A stretch of DNA of 60,834 bases, the filler included, from Nitrospirota bacterium (lineage in GTDB: Bacteria > JACPQY01), in the NCBI GenBank assembly GCA_016180645.1. It is 3 parts of 3 records of this genome, joined end to end, with 100 filler letters (N's around TTAATTAATTAA, not from the genome) between each part and the next. Parts side by side here need not be neighbours in the genome. Positions count along the whole stretch, not along the records: positions 45,536 to 60,834 come from JACPAV010000061.1; 2 more parts are not named here. One strand, given 5' to 3'. Under the pieces are notes generated by a model that saw nothing but the letters and a program-made list of their open reading frames with translations, made no database searches and was not told the DNA's origin. This document shows, piece by piece, positions 46,701 to 57,600 of the stretch (within the stretch, counting starts at the first letter, position 1; each line of letters opens with the position of its first letter). Made by a program: the position numbers and the translations under genes.

Positions 46701-48701
46701 ATGCGTACTTCTATGAAAACCTGTGGGAATCCCCGCGAGATCTCATTTCGACTCGGCGCCCTCGCCGCGTTGCCGCTCCTCATCGCGTCCTGCGGAGGCG
46801 GAGGAGGGGGCGGGGCGAAAACGGTCATCACCCAAAAGTGCCAACCAGACATTGAATGCACTCTCAAATACGAGCCCGAGATCAACGGCGCAAAGAAGCT
46901 GCTATTTGAGCTCTCTATCCCCGCAGGCGCACTGGAAGAGGCAGTGGAGATTTCGATCGAGAAATCGGACGAGGAAGACCCGGGGCTGTCTGCGGAAGCG
47001 ACCTACAAGGTACTTCCGGAGTCGCTCAAGTTCGTCGCCGGCAAGAAGGCAGGTCTCATCCTGGGGTACGGAGAGGAACTTGACAAGCTCACGGAGGAAC
47101 AGAAGCTCGAGCTGGCTCTCAGCGAAGAAGGGCTTCGGATTGGAAAAAGGAATCTTGAGGGAGGGTTCGACCTCGTGAAGGATTCCGGTCCTCCCCGCCT
47201 GGATGTGGATCAGATCACGGGCGAAGTGACCGGCCCCGGTGAATACGCCGTGGTGTACAACCCCCTCATTTTTTCCGTCTCTCCGGAAGTAGGGCGTCCG
47301 ACCACCGTCGATCCAGCGGGCACGAAAACTGACGGTACGACCATCACGGTATCGGGGCTGAACTTCAAGGCTGATGAGGGCACTCTGGTTGTCATGTTCA
47401 ACAAGATTCCGGTCACGGAGGACATCAAATATGCCGACGGCAAGGGCGACTCGGAATTCACCCTCATTCTGCCTGAGCTCTCCGCAGGAAAGAAGGAAGA
47501 GGACCTCAAAGGCGCGCTGACCATTACCGTGACGAACAGCAGCGGCAAGAAACGGACAAGCAACGCTGTGATGTGGGGCTTCGGGACCGGATTCGACGCG
47601 GCGGTGTATGATTTGTCCATCTCGAAGGGCAAGCTGGCCCAGCCGGGATCGGAGTGCACGGAGGCCGAGTGTTTTACTCAGCCGTGGGGAATCGCCGTGG
47701 ATCAATTTGATTGCATCTACGTCGCGGATTCCGCCAACCATCGCATCAAGAAATTTACGTCCTCGATCACGCCCGTGAGCAAAGATACGGCGTGCGTGGC
47801 ATTCGATCCCACCGGAAGTGCCCCCACCTTCATGATTGGGAAGAAGGGCGATCCCGCGGTGGACGACAAAGGCGCAAGCACCGAGATCGGAAAGGAACCC
47901 CTCTTTAACACGCCGTTGGGTCTGGCGGTGGATGTGAAGGGAAATATTTACGTGGCGGACAGTTTGAACCACCGGGTCGTCATGTTGGACAAACTCGGAA
48001 AGGTGGTCGCCCTCTTCGGCAAGTATGGAACCGGGACCGACAAGACGACTGAGAAGGCAACCGAGGACGAGCTCAACCAGCCCTCCGGCATCGCCGTGGA
48101 CCCGGATGGGAACCTATACGTTGTGGATACCCTCAACAACCGGATCGTCTATTTCAAGATAACCACCGCGACGACCAAGAACGATAAGGACATCGAAACG
48201 ACAACCACCACGGCGAAACAGGACACCGCCCGCAAGCTCGGACCCACTCTCGGCGATGCTGTGGGGAAGGCGACGGCCATCAACTTCCTGGGGGAACCTT
48301 CGGCCGTAGCCTACGACTCCGCCAGCACGCCGCATCGAATTTTCTTTGCGGATCCCGGCAACTACCGGGTGGTCTACTTCAAGCGGAATGCGGACAAGAA
48401 GATCGATGAACTCGACAAGGCGGTCGGGCAGCCGGCCCGGACGAACGAAGGAAAGGATGATCTGTTCCTGAAGCCTGTCGGGGTGACGGTGGACATCCGC
48501 AGTTCAATCTACGTGGTGGACAAGCTCGCGGCCCGCGTTCAGAAGTTCGATCGCAGCGTCAGGGCTCTTCCAAGCTCGGTGGGGAATTCGAAGGACAGGA
48601 CCCAGCTCTCCGAACCCACAACGATGGTCGTGGATTCCAAGGCCAGCTTATATGTCCTCGACCGTGCGCTGAGCAAGGTCCAGAAGTTCTCGCCCCGTTA
48701 G
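46701..48701 (+). CDS. NHL-repeat surface lipoprotein
   Basis: Lipobox IASC + Gly run, Ig-like middle, NHL blades; start 46701 or 46713. Confidence 0.8.
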   Translation: MRTSMKTCGNPREISFRLGALAALPLLIASCGGGGGGGAKTVITQKCQPDIECTLKYEPEINGAKKLLFELSIPAGALEEAVEISIEKSDEEDPGLSAEATYKVLPESLKFVAGKKAGLILGYGEELDKLTEEQKLELALSEEGLRIGKRNLEGGFDLVKDSGPPRLDVDQITGEVTGPGEYAVVYNPLIFSVSPEVGRPTTVDPAGTKTDGTTITVSGLNFKADEGTLVVMFNKIPVTEDIKYADGKGDSEFTLILPELSAGKKEEDLKGALTITVTNSSGKKRTSNAVMWGFGTGFDAAVYDLSISKGKLAQPGSECTEAECFTQPWGIAVDQFDCIYVADSANHRIKKFTSSITPVSKDTACVAFDPTGSAPTFMIGKKGDPAVDDKGASTEIGKEPLFNTPLGLAVDVKGNIYVADSLNHRVVMLDKLGKVVALFGKYGTGTDKTTEKATEDELNQPSGIAVDPDGNLYVVDTLNNRIVYFKITTATTKNDKDIETTTTTAKQDTARKLGPTLGDAVGKATAINFLGEPSAVAYDSASTPHRIFFADPGNYRVVYFKRNADKKIDELDKAVGQPARTNEGKDDLFLKPVGVTVDIRSSIYVVDKLAARVQKFDRSVRALPSSVGNSKDRTQLSEPTTMVVDSKASLYVLDRALSKVQKFSPR

Positions 48702-48808
48702 AGGTTTCCTCGAGTGGTTTCGCGGAGCCTGAAGGCTCCGCTACGGAATCATCGTTTCTCCCTTGTAGCCGGCCTTTTGGGGTCCTCGTCGAACCGCCCC
48801 TGAATGAG

Positions 48809-49633
48809 CTACAGTCTCGTCAACTCCACCAGGACAACGGTGATGTTGTCCATCCCACCCGCGATCTTCGCGCGCTCGATCAGGTCATCGGCCATCGTGT
48901 CGAGGTTGTCCCCGCTCAGCGCCTCCAGGATTTCGTCCGCACGGATCATATTCGTCAGGCCGTCCGAGCAAAGCAGGTAGCGGTCTTTCTCGCGCAGTTC
49001 GTTCTGGAAAACATCCACGTCCACGTGCTCGTCAAGCCCCACGCATCGCGTCACCACATTTTTCAAATAGTGGGCCTCCGCCTCCACACTGGATAGCCGC
49101 CCCTCGCGAACCTGCTCCTGGACCCACGAGTGGTCCTGGGTTACGAGATGGAGTTCTCCCTCCCGGACCAGGTAGGTGCGGCTGTCTCCGAGGTTGGCGA
49201 CGTAGGTGTACAAGCCGTCCTCATTCGCCGGGTCCACCCACAAGGATGTGAGCGTGGTCCCCATGCCTTTGTATTTCGGATTGTTCTTGGCGTACTCGTA
49301 AACGATGCGGTTGGCTTCCTCCATCGACTTCCGCAGGATGACTTCGTGTGCGTCCCGAGGGGCGGCCGGTCCTTTGAACGCGCGGGTGAGACGGTGGAAG
49401 AGCGGTTGCCGCTGGGTGGATTCCGGATCATCCGCCGAACGCTCTCGCACATGTCGCAGGAGGCCGTCTTGAAGCCCCTTGACACAGAGTTGGCTCGCCA
49501 GTCCCCCGCCGATGTGTCCGCCCATGCCGTCGGCCACGGCGTAGAGACCCATTTCCTCATTCACGAGGAAGGAGTCCTCGTTCTTCTCGCGCCAGTTGCC
49601 GATGTCCGTTCGAGCCGCATGCCGGATGATCAT
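48809..49633 (-). CDS. PP2C-family Ser/Thr phosphatase (Stp1-like)
   Basis: TDIG..R..NED, VADGMGG, GMGTT, GDSR, LCSDGL, GG.DNIT. Confidence 0.93.
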   Translation of the reverse strand: MIIRHAARTDIGNWREKNEDSFLVNEEMGLYAVADGMGGHIGGGLASQLCVKGLQDGLLRHVRERSADDPESTQRQPLFHRLTRAFKGPAAPRDAHEVILRKSMEEANRIVYEYAKNNPKYKGMGTTLTSLWVDPANEDGLYTYVANLGDSRTYLVREGELHLVTQDHSWVQEQVREGRLSSVEAEAHYLKNVVTRCVGLDEHVDVDVFQNELREKDRYLLCSDGLTNMIRADEILEALSGDNLDTMADDLIERAKIAGGMDNITVVLVELTRL

Positions 49634-49646
49634 GGTCGTAGGCCTG

Positions 49647-49751
49647 CACCCCCACCCACACCCTCCCCCTTCGAGGGGGAGGGGAACAAAGGTTCGCGCC
49701 GCTCCCTCTCGTCCCTTCCCCCCTTGAGGGGGAAGGTGGGGATGGGGGGTG
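49647..49751. repeat. REP-like inverted pair
   Basis: CCCTCCCCCTTCGAGGGGGAGGG and CCTTCCCCCTTGAGGGGGAAGG. Confidence 0.75.
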
Positions 49752-49769
49752 CTGAAAGGATGGTCATGG

Positions 49770-51128
49770 TCAGTTCCCGCTGATCTGAAGGTTTGAGACG
49801 AGGAGCGAGGGGGAGCCGATCGATCCCATGAATCGGAGGTCGTTGGCCACGGCATCCACGTGCTTGAAAAGCGTTTTCAGGTTCCCCGCAATCCCGAATC
49901 CGCGAAGGGGGCCGGCGGGCTTCCCTTTCGCAATCTCCTGCCCCACGGCGCCGAGCGAGAATTCGCCCGAAATTGGATCTGCCGTGTGGAGGCCGATGAC
50001 CTCCGTGATGAGCACGCCGCTTCCGCACTCTGAATGGAGACGGTCCGGAGACCACGTTCCGGCTTCCACGTGCAAGTTGGAGGGTGCGAGGACGGGGGCA
50101 GATTGGCTCGCGCCGCGCCGCGCGTTTCCCGTCGAGCCGCGCCGGCTCTTGTTGCCCCAGTAAGTGTCGCAGAGGAGGGTGCGAAGCAGGCCTCGTTCCA
50201 CAACCGTGGAGCGCTGGGCCGGCACGCCTTCGCCGTCGAAGGGCGCCGCGTTCGCCCCGCGGGTTTCCAAGCCATTGTCGACCAGCGTGAGATGTTTCGA
50301 GAGGATCAACCGGCCCACCGCATCGCCCCAAAGCGACTTCTTCTTCATCGTATTCTCGACGAGAAACGAGGGCGCAAGGAGGGATAGAAATTCGGCGGCC
50401 ACGTGGTTTTCCAGGACCACGGGACACTCCCGGGTTTTCGGAACACGGCCTCCCAGTCGGGATACGGCTTTGCGGGCGACTTTTTTCCCGAGCGCTTCGG
50501 CGTCGAGTTCGTGGAGAAACGAGGAAAATTGGAAATCCCACGCGTTTTCCGATTCTCCGCCTTTCTCCGCCACGGCCATGAGACTCAGACTGCAATAGGT
50601 TTTCGAGTAACTCGACTGGAGTCCGTTCGAATTGGCGAGATAGACCGTTCCGAAGATCTCATCGTAGGCGGACTTCCGAACGCGCTTCACGGCCCGGTGG
50701 GCCCGGAGCGAGGAGGCTTCCAGCTCGAGCGCGAGCTTGATCTTCTCCTCATCGGGCGTGGAAGGGACGTGTGCGTCGTACAGGTTGACCGCGGGGAGTG
50801 GTGCGGGTGTCGACTTGGGGAAGGCATGGTGTTCGTCCGCATCCAGGCACCGAGCCGTTCCCGCGGCAAATTGAAGCGCCCGGCGCACGGCATCCGGCGT
50901 GAGTTGAGTGGCATATGAAAAGCCCATGCGTCCGTCTAGAAGGAGGCGGACCCCTAGGGTCGTCGTCTCTGCACGGTCTCTCGCATGGATCTCCTGCCCT
51001 TTGACTTCGATGCTTTGCTCCGCGAGATGGGCTACGTAGGCTTCCCACTGGCGGGCCTTGAGGCGCCTGGATTCGATCAGGATCGTTTCCAGGATCCGTT
51101 CAATCGCGCCCTCTTCCAAAGCCTGCAC
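49770..51128 (-). CDS. pmbA: TldD/PmbA family protein (PmbA-type)
   Basis: PFDGEG, STGNA, SGEFS, IAGNL, GSPSLLV; no HExxxH. Confidence 0.88.
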   Translation of the reverse strand: MQALEEGAIERILETILIESRRLKARQWEAYVAHLAEQSIEVKGQEIHARDRAETTTLGVRLLLDGRMGFSYATQLTPDAVRRALQFAAGTARCLDADEHHAFPKSTPAPLPAVNLYDAHVPSTPDEEKIKLALELEASSLRAHRAVKRVRKSAYDEIFGTVYLANSNGLQSSYSKTYCSLSLMAVAEKGGESENAWDFQFSSFLHELDAEALGKKVARKAVSRLGGRVPKTRECPVVLENHVAAEFLSLLAPSFLVENTMKKKSLWGDAVGRLILSKHLTLVDNGLETRGANAAPFDGEGVPAQRSTVVERGLLRTLLCDTYWGNKSRRGSTGNARRGASQSAPVLAPSNLHVEAGTWSPDRLHSECGSGVLITEVIGLHTADPISGEFSLGAVGQEIAKGKPAGPLRGFGIAGNLKTLFKHVDAVANDLRFMGSIGSPSLLVSNLQISGN

Positions 51129-51130
51129 GG

Positions 51131-51583
51131 TTACAACTCCCGGATGACGGCGATTTCCTGGCAGTCCTTAAACCGCGAGCAGTAGACACAGTCTTTCCAC
51201 ACCTTCTGTGGAAAGCTGAGACGATCGGCCACGGCGAATCCGGTCCGCTTGAAAAACTCGGGCCGGTAGGTGAGTGCGAACACCCGGCGCAGGCCGAGTT
51301 TGCGCGCCTGCCGCAGGCAGCGCCGCACGAGTTTGATGCCCCAATCCTGGCCGCGATGGCCGGCGTCGACCACGAGCGATCGGATCTCGCACAACTCCGG
51401 AGAGTAGATTTTGAGGGCGCACGTTCCGATCATACTCCTCGATCGGTTGGTTGCCACGACAATGGTGGGGAGGTCCTTCGTGATGTCCTCCTCGTCGCGC
51501 GGCAGGATTTCCCCCCTTTGCGCCTCCTGCGAGATGAGACGCAGGATTTTCGGGATGTCCGAGGTGGTGGCGGGACGGATCAT
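51131..51583 (-). CDS. GNAT N-acetyltransferase (short ArgA-like)
   Basis: ILPR, EIRSLVV, VFALTY.PEFF, PQKVWKDC. Confidence 0.85.
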   Translation of the reverse strand: MIRPATTSDIPKILRLISQEAQRGEILPRDEEDITKDLPTIVVATNRSRSMIGTCALKIYSPELCEIRSLVVDAGHRGQDWGIKLVRRCLRQARKLGLRRVFALTYRPEFFKRTGFAVADRLSFPQKVWKDCVYCSRFKDCQEIAVIREL

Positions 51584-51651
51584 CCCACCACCCTCTTCAA
51601 AATCTCACATTTCAAATTTGAAATCTCAAATTCGGAGGAAGGGGGTGGGAT
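51582..51651. repeat. Palindromic element with ATCCCACC termini
   Basis: ATCCCACCACC ... AT-rich heptamers ... GGGGGTGGGAT. Confidence 0.6.
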
Positions 51652-51736
51652 CATGGCCTGCGACTCGGCAAGGAATTCCTTCTCAAACGACACGGCGGGG
51701 AACGGCGAAACTCCCATCCGAACGGATCGGTCGATG

Positions 51737-53434
51737 CTAGCGTGGAGCTATCCGCAGCAACTCTGCGGCGTAGGCACGCGCCTTATCCGATATTTTTTCT
51801 CCCCCGAGCATGCGGGCCAGCTCTTCGAGCCGTTCCTCGCGGCCGAGTTCGACAATTTCCGTAACCGTCCGCGATCCCGCGCGGCGTTTGCGAACGAGAA
51901 AATGGGCGTCCCCGAAACAGGCGATCTGCGGCAGATGCGTGATGCAGAGGATCTGGTGGCGACGCGACAGCTCGCGCAGTTTTCGCCCTACGGCTTCCGC
52001 CACGGCGCCTCCGATTCCGGCATCGACTTCATCGAAGATCAGTGTCGCACCTTCCTTTTTTTTCGACAAGATGTTCTTGAGGACGAGCATGATGCGGGAC
52101 CGCTCCCCGCCGGAAGCGATCCGGCTGAGGTCCCGGAGGGGCTCGCCGGGGTTGGCCGAAAAATCGTATCCGATCGTCATCGTCGGCGTGGCGGAGACGA
52201 GCCACTTTCCCGCGTCGTCCACCTTCGCCGGCTTGCCGTCCTGGTCCATCCAACCGGGCGTGAGCGTCACGGCGAAACGGGCTTTGGCCAGCCCCACCTC
52301 CTCGCATCCGGCTTCCACTTCGCGGGCCAGCCGATCCGCGAACCTGCGGCGCTCCTTCAAGAACTTTTCGGCGCGGACCGCAAAGGCTTCCCAATCGGCC
52401 TCAAATCTCTTGGCCAGCGCGCCCCGGTCCGTTTCCTTCCTGGAAAGCTCCTCGATCTCCCTCGCCCCCTCCTCGGCCAGCCGCAACACGCTGTCCAGAT
52501 CCGGCCCGTACTTCTTCTTGAGTCGATCGAGCTGATAGAGGCGCTCCTCCACGGATTCGAGCCGCTTCGGATCGAATTCCATACTGCCCAGGTAGGAGGA
52601 GATGTCGCGTGCGGCGTCCTGGATCAGGGATTTCGCCGAGGCCAGCCCCTCGGCCATGGGAGTAAGACGCGGATCGATTTCACCGAGGGTCCGAATGGAT
52701 TCCGCGTGTCGTCCGACCTGCTCCACCACGGATCCATCGGTCGAGTAGAGAGCGCGGTCCGCCTCCCCGAGGGCTTGGGCGATTTTTTCGGCGTGGGCGA
52801 GGATGTTCCGCTCGGACTCCAATTCGTGATCTTCATTCGGCCGGATGCGGGCCCCTTCGATCTCGTGGACCTGGAAGGAAAGAAGATCAATGCGTTCCCT
52901 GCGGGCTTTTTCCAGGCGGTCAAAATCGCGAAGTTCTTCATACAATCGGGCCACGGTCCTGCGTTCCTCTTCAAGTTTCTCGGCGGCTTCCTCCAGTCCT
53001 CCGAACTCATCGAGGTACGCCATCTGTTTTGCCGTGAGAACGAGGTCCATGTACTCGTGCTGGCCGTAGATTCCCACGAGCCGGCGGCCGAGATCCTCAA
53101 GCTGGCCGAGGGTGGCGCCGTCTTCATTGAACGTGACTTTGCCCCGGCCTTCGCGGGTGATCTTCCGTCGGATCGTGAGTGCGGTCCCGTTCGAAGAAGC
53201 GGGCGCTGCCTGCGCAATCCCGCGCGTGTCGAATTGCGCCTCGAGGACGGCTTCCTCCCGCTCGGCACGGATCAGGTCGGCATGGGCCCTCGCGCCCAGG
53301 AGGAGATCGAGCGCGCCGATGATGATGCTCTTTCCGGCGCCGGTTTCGCCGGTGATCACGTTGAACCCTTCGCCGAGGTTGAGCTGGACCTCGTCGATGA
53401 TCGCGAAATCCTTGATGCGCAGTTGCCGGAGCAT
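51737..53434 (-). CDS. recN: DNA repair protein RecN
   Basis: TGETGAGKS, GQHE, ASGGE, FDEVDAGIGG, ITHLPQIA. Confidence 0.96.
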   Translation of the reverse strand: MLRQLRIKDFAIIDEVQLNLGEGFNVITGETGAGKSIIIGALDLLLGARAHADLIRAEREEAVLEAQFDTRGIAQAAPASSNGTALTIRRKITREGRGKVTFNEDGATLGQLEDLGRRLVGIYGQHEYMDLVLTAKQMAYLDEFGGLEEAAEKLEEERRTVARLYEELRDFDRLEKARRERIDLLSFQVHEIEGARIRPNEDHELESERNILAHAEKIAQALGEADRALYSTDGSVVEQVGRHAESIRTLGEIDPRLTPMAEGLASAKSLIQDAARDISSYLGSMEFDPKRLESVEERLYQLDRLKKKYGPDLDSVLRLAEEGAREIEELSRKETDRGALAKRFEADWEAFAVRAEKFLKERRRFADRLAREVEAGCEEVGLAKARFAVTLTPGWMDQDGKPAKVDDAGKWLVSATPTMTIGYDFSANPGEPLRDLSRIASGGERSRIMLVLKNILSKKKEGATLIFDEVDAGIGGAVAEAVGRKLRELSRRHQILCITHLPQIACFGDAHFLVRKRRAGSRTVTEIVELGREERLEELARMLGGEKISDKARAYAAELLRIAPR

Positions 53435-53509
53435 GGCGGGCTGCGACTACGACCCCAGGTCGGGACAGCTCCACCTGTCCGCCGCCCCTGGTCTGGGGCG
53501 TGAAATGTC

Positions 53510-53575
53510 CGCAGGCATAAAGCCTGCGCCTACCCAGGGTGCGGGTTCTTGGTAGCCGCGGGCTTCAGACCGCGT
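53510..53575. repeat. GTAG-type REP pair
   Basis: CGCAGGCATAAAGCCTGCGCCTAC ... GTAGCCGCGGGCTTCAGACCGCG. Confidence 0.7.
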
Positions 53576-53595
53576 CCCCGGATTCGTGTCTCTAA

Positions 53596-54468
53596 CTACC
53601 GACCGCCCCACTTGAGTTTCGTGCGGAGAATCTCGAAGGGATCGGGGGCGGCGTGGTTGAGTTTGATGACGTTCAAATCCTGCGAGGCCCGGTGAACTTC
53701 GAGTACGTCCTGGCTCACCAGGGGGCAGCCGACCTGGCCGTCGAGCGTGAGCTGCGTGTCGGAGGGGTCTTTGGCGTTCAATACGATTCGCACCCGGGAG
53801 GTGGCCGGGAGGACGAGTGGGCGGTTGGTGAGCGTATGAGGACAGATCGGTGTGAGCACGAGGCAGTCCAGCGTGGGGGAAACGATCGGCCCGCCCGCGG
53901 CCAGGGAGTAGGCCGTCGATCCGGTCGGGGTGGACACGATCAAGCCGTCCGCCCGGAACACCGTCACCGGCTTCCCGTCCACTTCGGTCGACATTTCGAT
54001 CATCCGCGCGATCGCGCTCTTGGTGATGACGGCATCGTTCAGGGCGGACTCGGAGAGCAGTGTCCGCCCGTCGCGAAGGAGCGTCGCTTCAAGCCGCATG
54101 CGATGCGCGATCTTGTAGTCACCCGCGATCAACTGCTCCATCGCCTGCGTGGCGCCGTCGAGCGGAACTTCCGTGAGATATCCCAGACTGCCGAGATTGA
54201 CGCCCAAAACCGGAACGCCCGTGTCGCTTACGAGCCGTGCTCCCCACAGGAACGTTCCGTCGCCGCCCAAGACGAGCAGCGCGTCGGTGTCCCGATGGAC
54301 CAGTTGCCGTTCGGGAATGCCTTCCTTGCCGATCAGAGCGGCGGCGCCCGCTTCGAGTGAAAAGCGGACCTTCCTGTCAGTCAACCATTCTGAAAGATGA
54401 CGAACCACCCGGGCCGCATCCTTGTGCTCCCGTTTCGCCAGAACGGCAACATTCGAAACTTTTTTCAC
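53596..54468 (-). CDS. nadK: NAD+ kinase
   Basis: LGGDGT, NLGSLGYL, ALND, DGLIVSTPTGSTAYSLAAGGP. Confidence 0.96.
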   Translation of the reverse strand: MKKVSNVAVLAKREHKDAARVVRHLSEWLTDRKVRFSLEAGAAALIGKEGIPERQLVHRDTDALLVLGGDGTFLWGARLVSDTGVPVLGVNLGSLGYLTEVPLDGATQAMEQLIAGDYKIAHRMRLEATLLRDGRTLLSESALNDAVITKSAIARMIEMSTEVDGKPVTVFRADGLIVSTPTGSTAYSLAAGGPIVSPTLDCLVLTPICPHTLTNRPLVLPATSRVRIVLNAKDPSDTQLTLDGQVGCPLVSQDVLEVHRASQDLNVIKLNHAAPDPFEILRTKLKWGGR

Positions 54469-54574
54469 GTTGAACCGGAGGCGAAATTAGCACATCGATG
54501 GGGTGGAGTCCACGCGCGGCCCGCCCGCCCGAGCATTCCCGCCGAAAAACCCCAAAGATTACTTTAGGTTACGC

Positions 54575-54621
54575 ATACCATATCTTGTAGCGCAATGCGG
54601 CCTACCACTCCATATAGTGAT
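54575..54621. promoter_or_regulatory. Tandem NrdR-box-like sites upstream of smc
   Basis: ATACCATATCTTGTAG and CACTCCATATAGTGAT, 31 bp apart. Confidence 0.6.
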
Positions 54622-54663
54622 TTTTGCTTTACAAACCGAACCTCGTTTGTTAGGCTACCGCGA

Positions 54664-57600
54664 ATGCGAATTCGCAAGCTGACCCTTCTGGGTTTCAAGT
54701 CCTTCCCGGAGAAAACGGAGTTCGTCTTTCCCGAGGGATTGACGTGCATCGTCGGTCCAAACGGCTGCGGCAAGACGAACATCGTGGACGCCATCCGTTT
54801 CTGTCTCGGCGAGCAAAGCGCCAAGAAACTCCGCGGAAAATCGGTGGTGGACATGGTGTTTGGGGGCACCTCGGGCAAGGCGGCGATGAATTTCGCCGAC
54901 GTCTCCATGACCTTCGACGTTCAGAAGGGAGAACTTCCCGAGCCGTATCATGAAATCGAGGAGTTCGAAGTCCGCCGCGTGCTCTACCGATCGGGCGAAA
55001 GCGAATACTACATCAACCGCACCCCCAGCCTGTTGAAGGATATCTACGACCTTTTCTACGGCACGGGTCTTTCGCCGTACTCCTACGGCATCATGGATCA
55101 ATCGGATGTGACCCGGCTCATCACCATGCACGTGGAGGAGCGGCGCCTCCTTCTGGAAGAGGCCGCCGGCATCACGAAGTTCCGTCGGAAACGGCAGGAA
55201 GCCGAGCGAAAGATGGAACGCACGAGGGTGAATCTCCAGCGCGTCGAGGACGTCCTTGCCGAGGTGGAGCGCCAGAAGCGGAGCCTCGAACGACAGGCGA
55301 AAAAAGCTCAGAAGCTCAAAGAATTGAACGAAGAGCTCCGGGCGAAGGAGCTGATCATGTACAAGGCCCAGTGGCGGGGCCTGAGAGCCGCGCTGGACCG
55401 TGTGGAGCAGGAGGAGACGGAGGAGCAGCGGCTGCGGGATGAATTGAGCGCTTCCTTGAGCACGCTGGAGTCCGAGCGGGAGCGCATCGAACTGGAATCA
55501 GTGCAGGTAGAGGAAGACCTCCGGCGGCTCCGCGAGGAGTTCCACCGCGCGGAGATCGACCAGGAGCAGTGTCGCGGGCAGATCGAGAAACACCGGGCGG
55601 ACAAGGCCGCGTTGGAGCGCCGGACAAGCGAGCTCCGCGCTCAGGCCGACGCGCTTCGGGCCGACGTGGAGGCGGCGGATCGGAAGCTCGCCGAACTGGA
55701 CGCCGAGCGCCGGGACGTGGAAGAAAATCTAAACCGGCTCCGGCTCCAGCTCTCCGAGAGGCGCCCGCGCCGCGAGGAATTGATCGCCCGCATGCAGTCA
55801 CTTCGGGAGCAGGAAGACCGCCTCGAACAGGAACGCCTGGAGCGAATGGCCCAGGTTGCGGAACTCGAACGTGTGGTCGCTTCCGCCGAGGGGCGCCGCC
55901 ATGAAACGGAAAAGCGCCGCGTGGAGCTGGAAAGCCGCCGCCAACAGCTCTTGTTCTCCGAACAGGAGATGGTGGAACAGACCAGGGGAATCGAAGATCT
56001 CCGCGCGAAAACGGCGGTGCTCCTGGAGGAAAATGGTCGTCGCCTCGAAAGCGTCGAAGAGCACCTTCGGAACCTTTCCCGGGTGTACGGCGAGCGGATC
56101 AATGACCGCCGCCAGAAACGGGACGACGTCGAGCGCCTGAGCGCCACTCGCACCTCCCTCCAAACGCTGCAAGAGACGTACTCGGGTTTCCATGAGGGCG
56201 CCCGTCAGATTCTTCTCAAGTGGGGCCGGAACGGAATTAAAGGCACCGTGGCGGAAGTGTTGGACGTGCCCGAGCGCTATCGCCAGGCGGTGGAAGCCTC
56301 GCTCGGCGTCCTGCTGGAGGCGATCGTCACCGATACAAGAAGCTACGGAATGCAGGCCATGGACTATCTTCGTTCCGAAGACCTCGGCCGGGCATTTTTC
56401 GTCGCCCTGGACGCGCCCGCCGGAAACGGCGCCTCGCCCATGGAGGATCCGAGGCCGGAGAACGCGGAGCGTCTGATCGAAAAAATTCAACCGAAGCCCG
56501 GCTATGAGAGCGTGGCCGAGCGCCTCCTGTCGCACGTCTGGGTGGTGGACCGGATTGAAGACGTGTTCGCGCTTCCGCCCTCCTCTAGGGCGACCTACGT
56601 CACGAAGTGGGGCGAGGTGAGTCATCCGCAAGGCGTGCTCGCGGGCGGCGCCCAGGCCAAACAGGAAACCGCCTCGCTGGCCTGGCTCGAACGGAAGGAG
56701 AAACTTCAACAGATCGACGAGCAGCTCACGGCGATGCAGTCCGCCCTTTCGCAGATCGAAGAGGAAATTCCTTTGATGGAAGCGCGGCGAACCGAGCTGG
56801 AATCGGAGCGGGAAAAGGAACGCCTCGCGCAGGTGGACCTCCAGGCCCAGATCGCCCGGTTTCAGGCGGAGAAGGAGGGCGTGGCCCGAGTGATGCAGAC
56901 CTCCGGTTCGGCCGCGGTTTCGCAGGAGGAAGACAGCATCCAGCGCACCATCGGTGAACTTTCCACCGTTCTGGACACCGCGCAGCAATCGCTGGATCAA
57001 TTCCGGGGACAGCAGCAGGCCCTCGCGGAGAAAATCGCCGGGGTGAGGCGGGAGCACGAGGCGGCCGGCCTGGGCCTGGCCGAGACCGAAAAAGGGATCA
57101 ACGAACTGGCGTTCACTGAGGTCCAACTCGACGAACGGCATCAGCAATTGGCGAAGGCTTCGGTGGAGATCGAACGGGGGCGGGAACAGGTTTTGGAGCG
57201 TTTCGAGCGGCTCGAGGCGGAGATCGGGGAATCGGCGGCACCCGTGGCCGCGTTGGACAAGGCGATCGCGGAGGCCGAATCGCGGCTTTCCGATCTCCAG
57301 GAACAGGCCCGCATGGCGCGGGAAGAAGTGGCCAAGGCGGAAGAGACCATCCGCCAACTCCGGGATCGCCGGGGAGCTTTGGAATCCGACGCCAAATCCA
57401 CCCGGGAGCGTCTACGCCAGGTGGAGGAGCGCGTGGCGGAGTTGTCGGTGGAAAAGGCGACATCGGCCATGCACATGGATCGCACCAACCAGGAAGCTCG
57501 AGAGCGTTGGGGGGTGGAGGATCTGGCGGCACTGGAAGCGGCTCCGCCCGAGGACCTCGAAGCGCTGACGGCCTCGGTTGCCGAACTGCGGGATCGGAAA

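Noticed and set aside
51356-53503. 715-aa plus-strand ORF
   Set aside because: Antisense shadow of recN in GC-rich DNA
55798-57357. 519-aa minus-strand ORF
   Set aside because: Antisense shadow of smc
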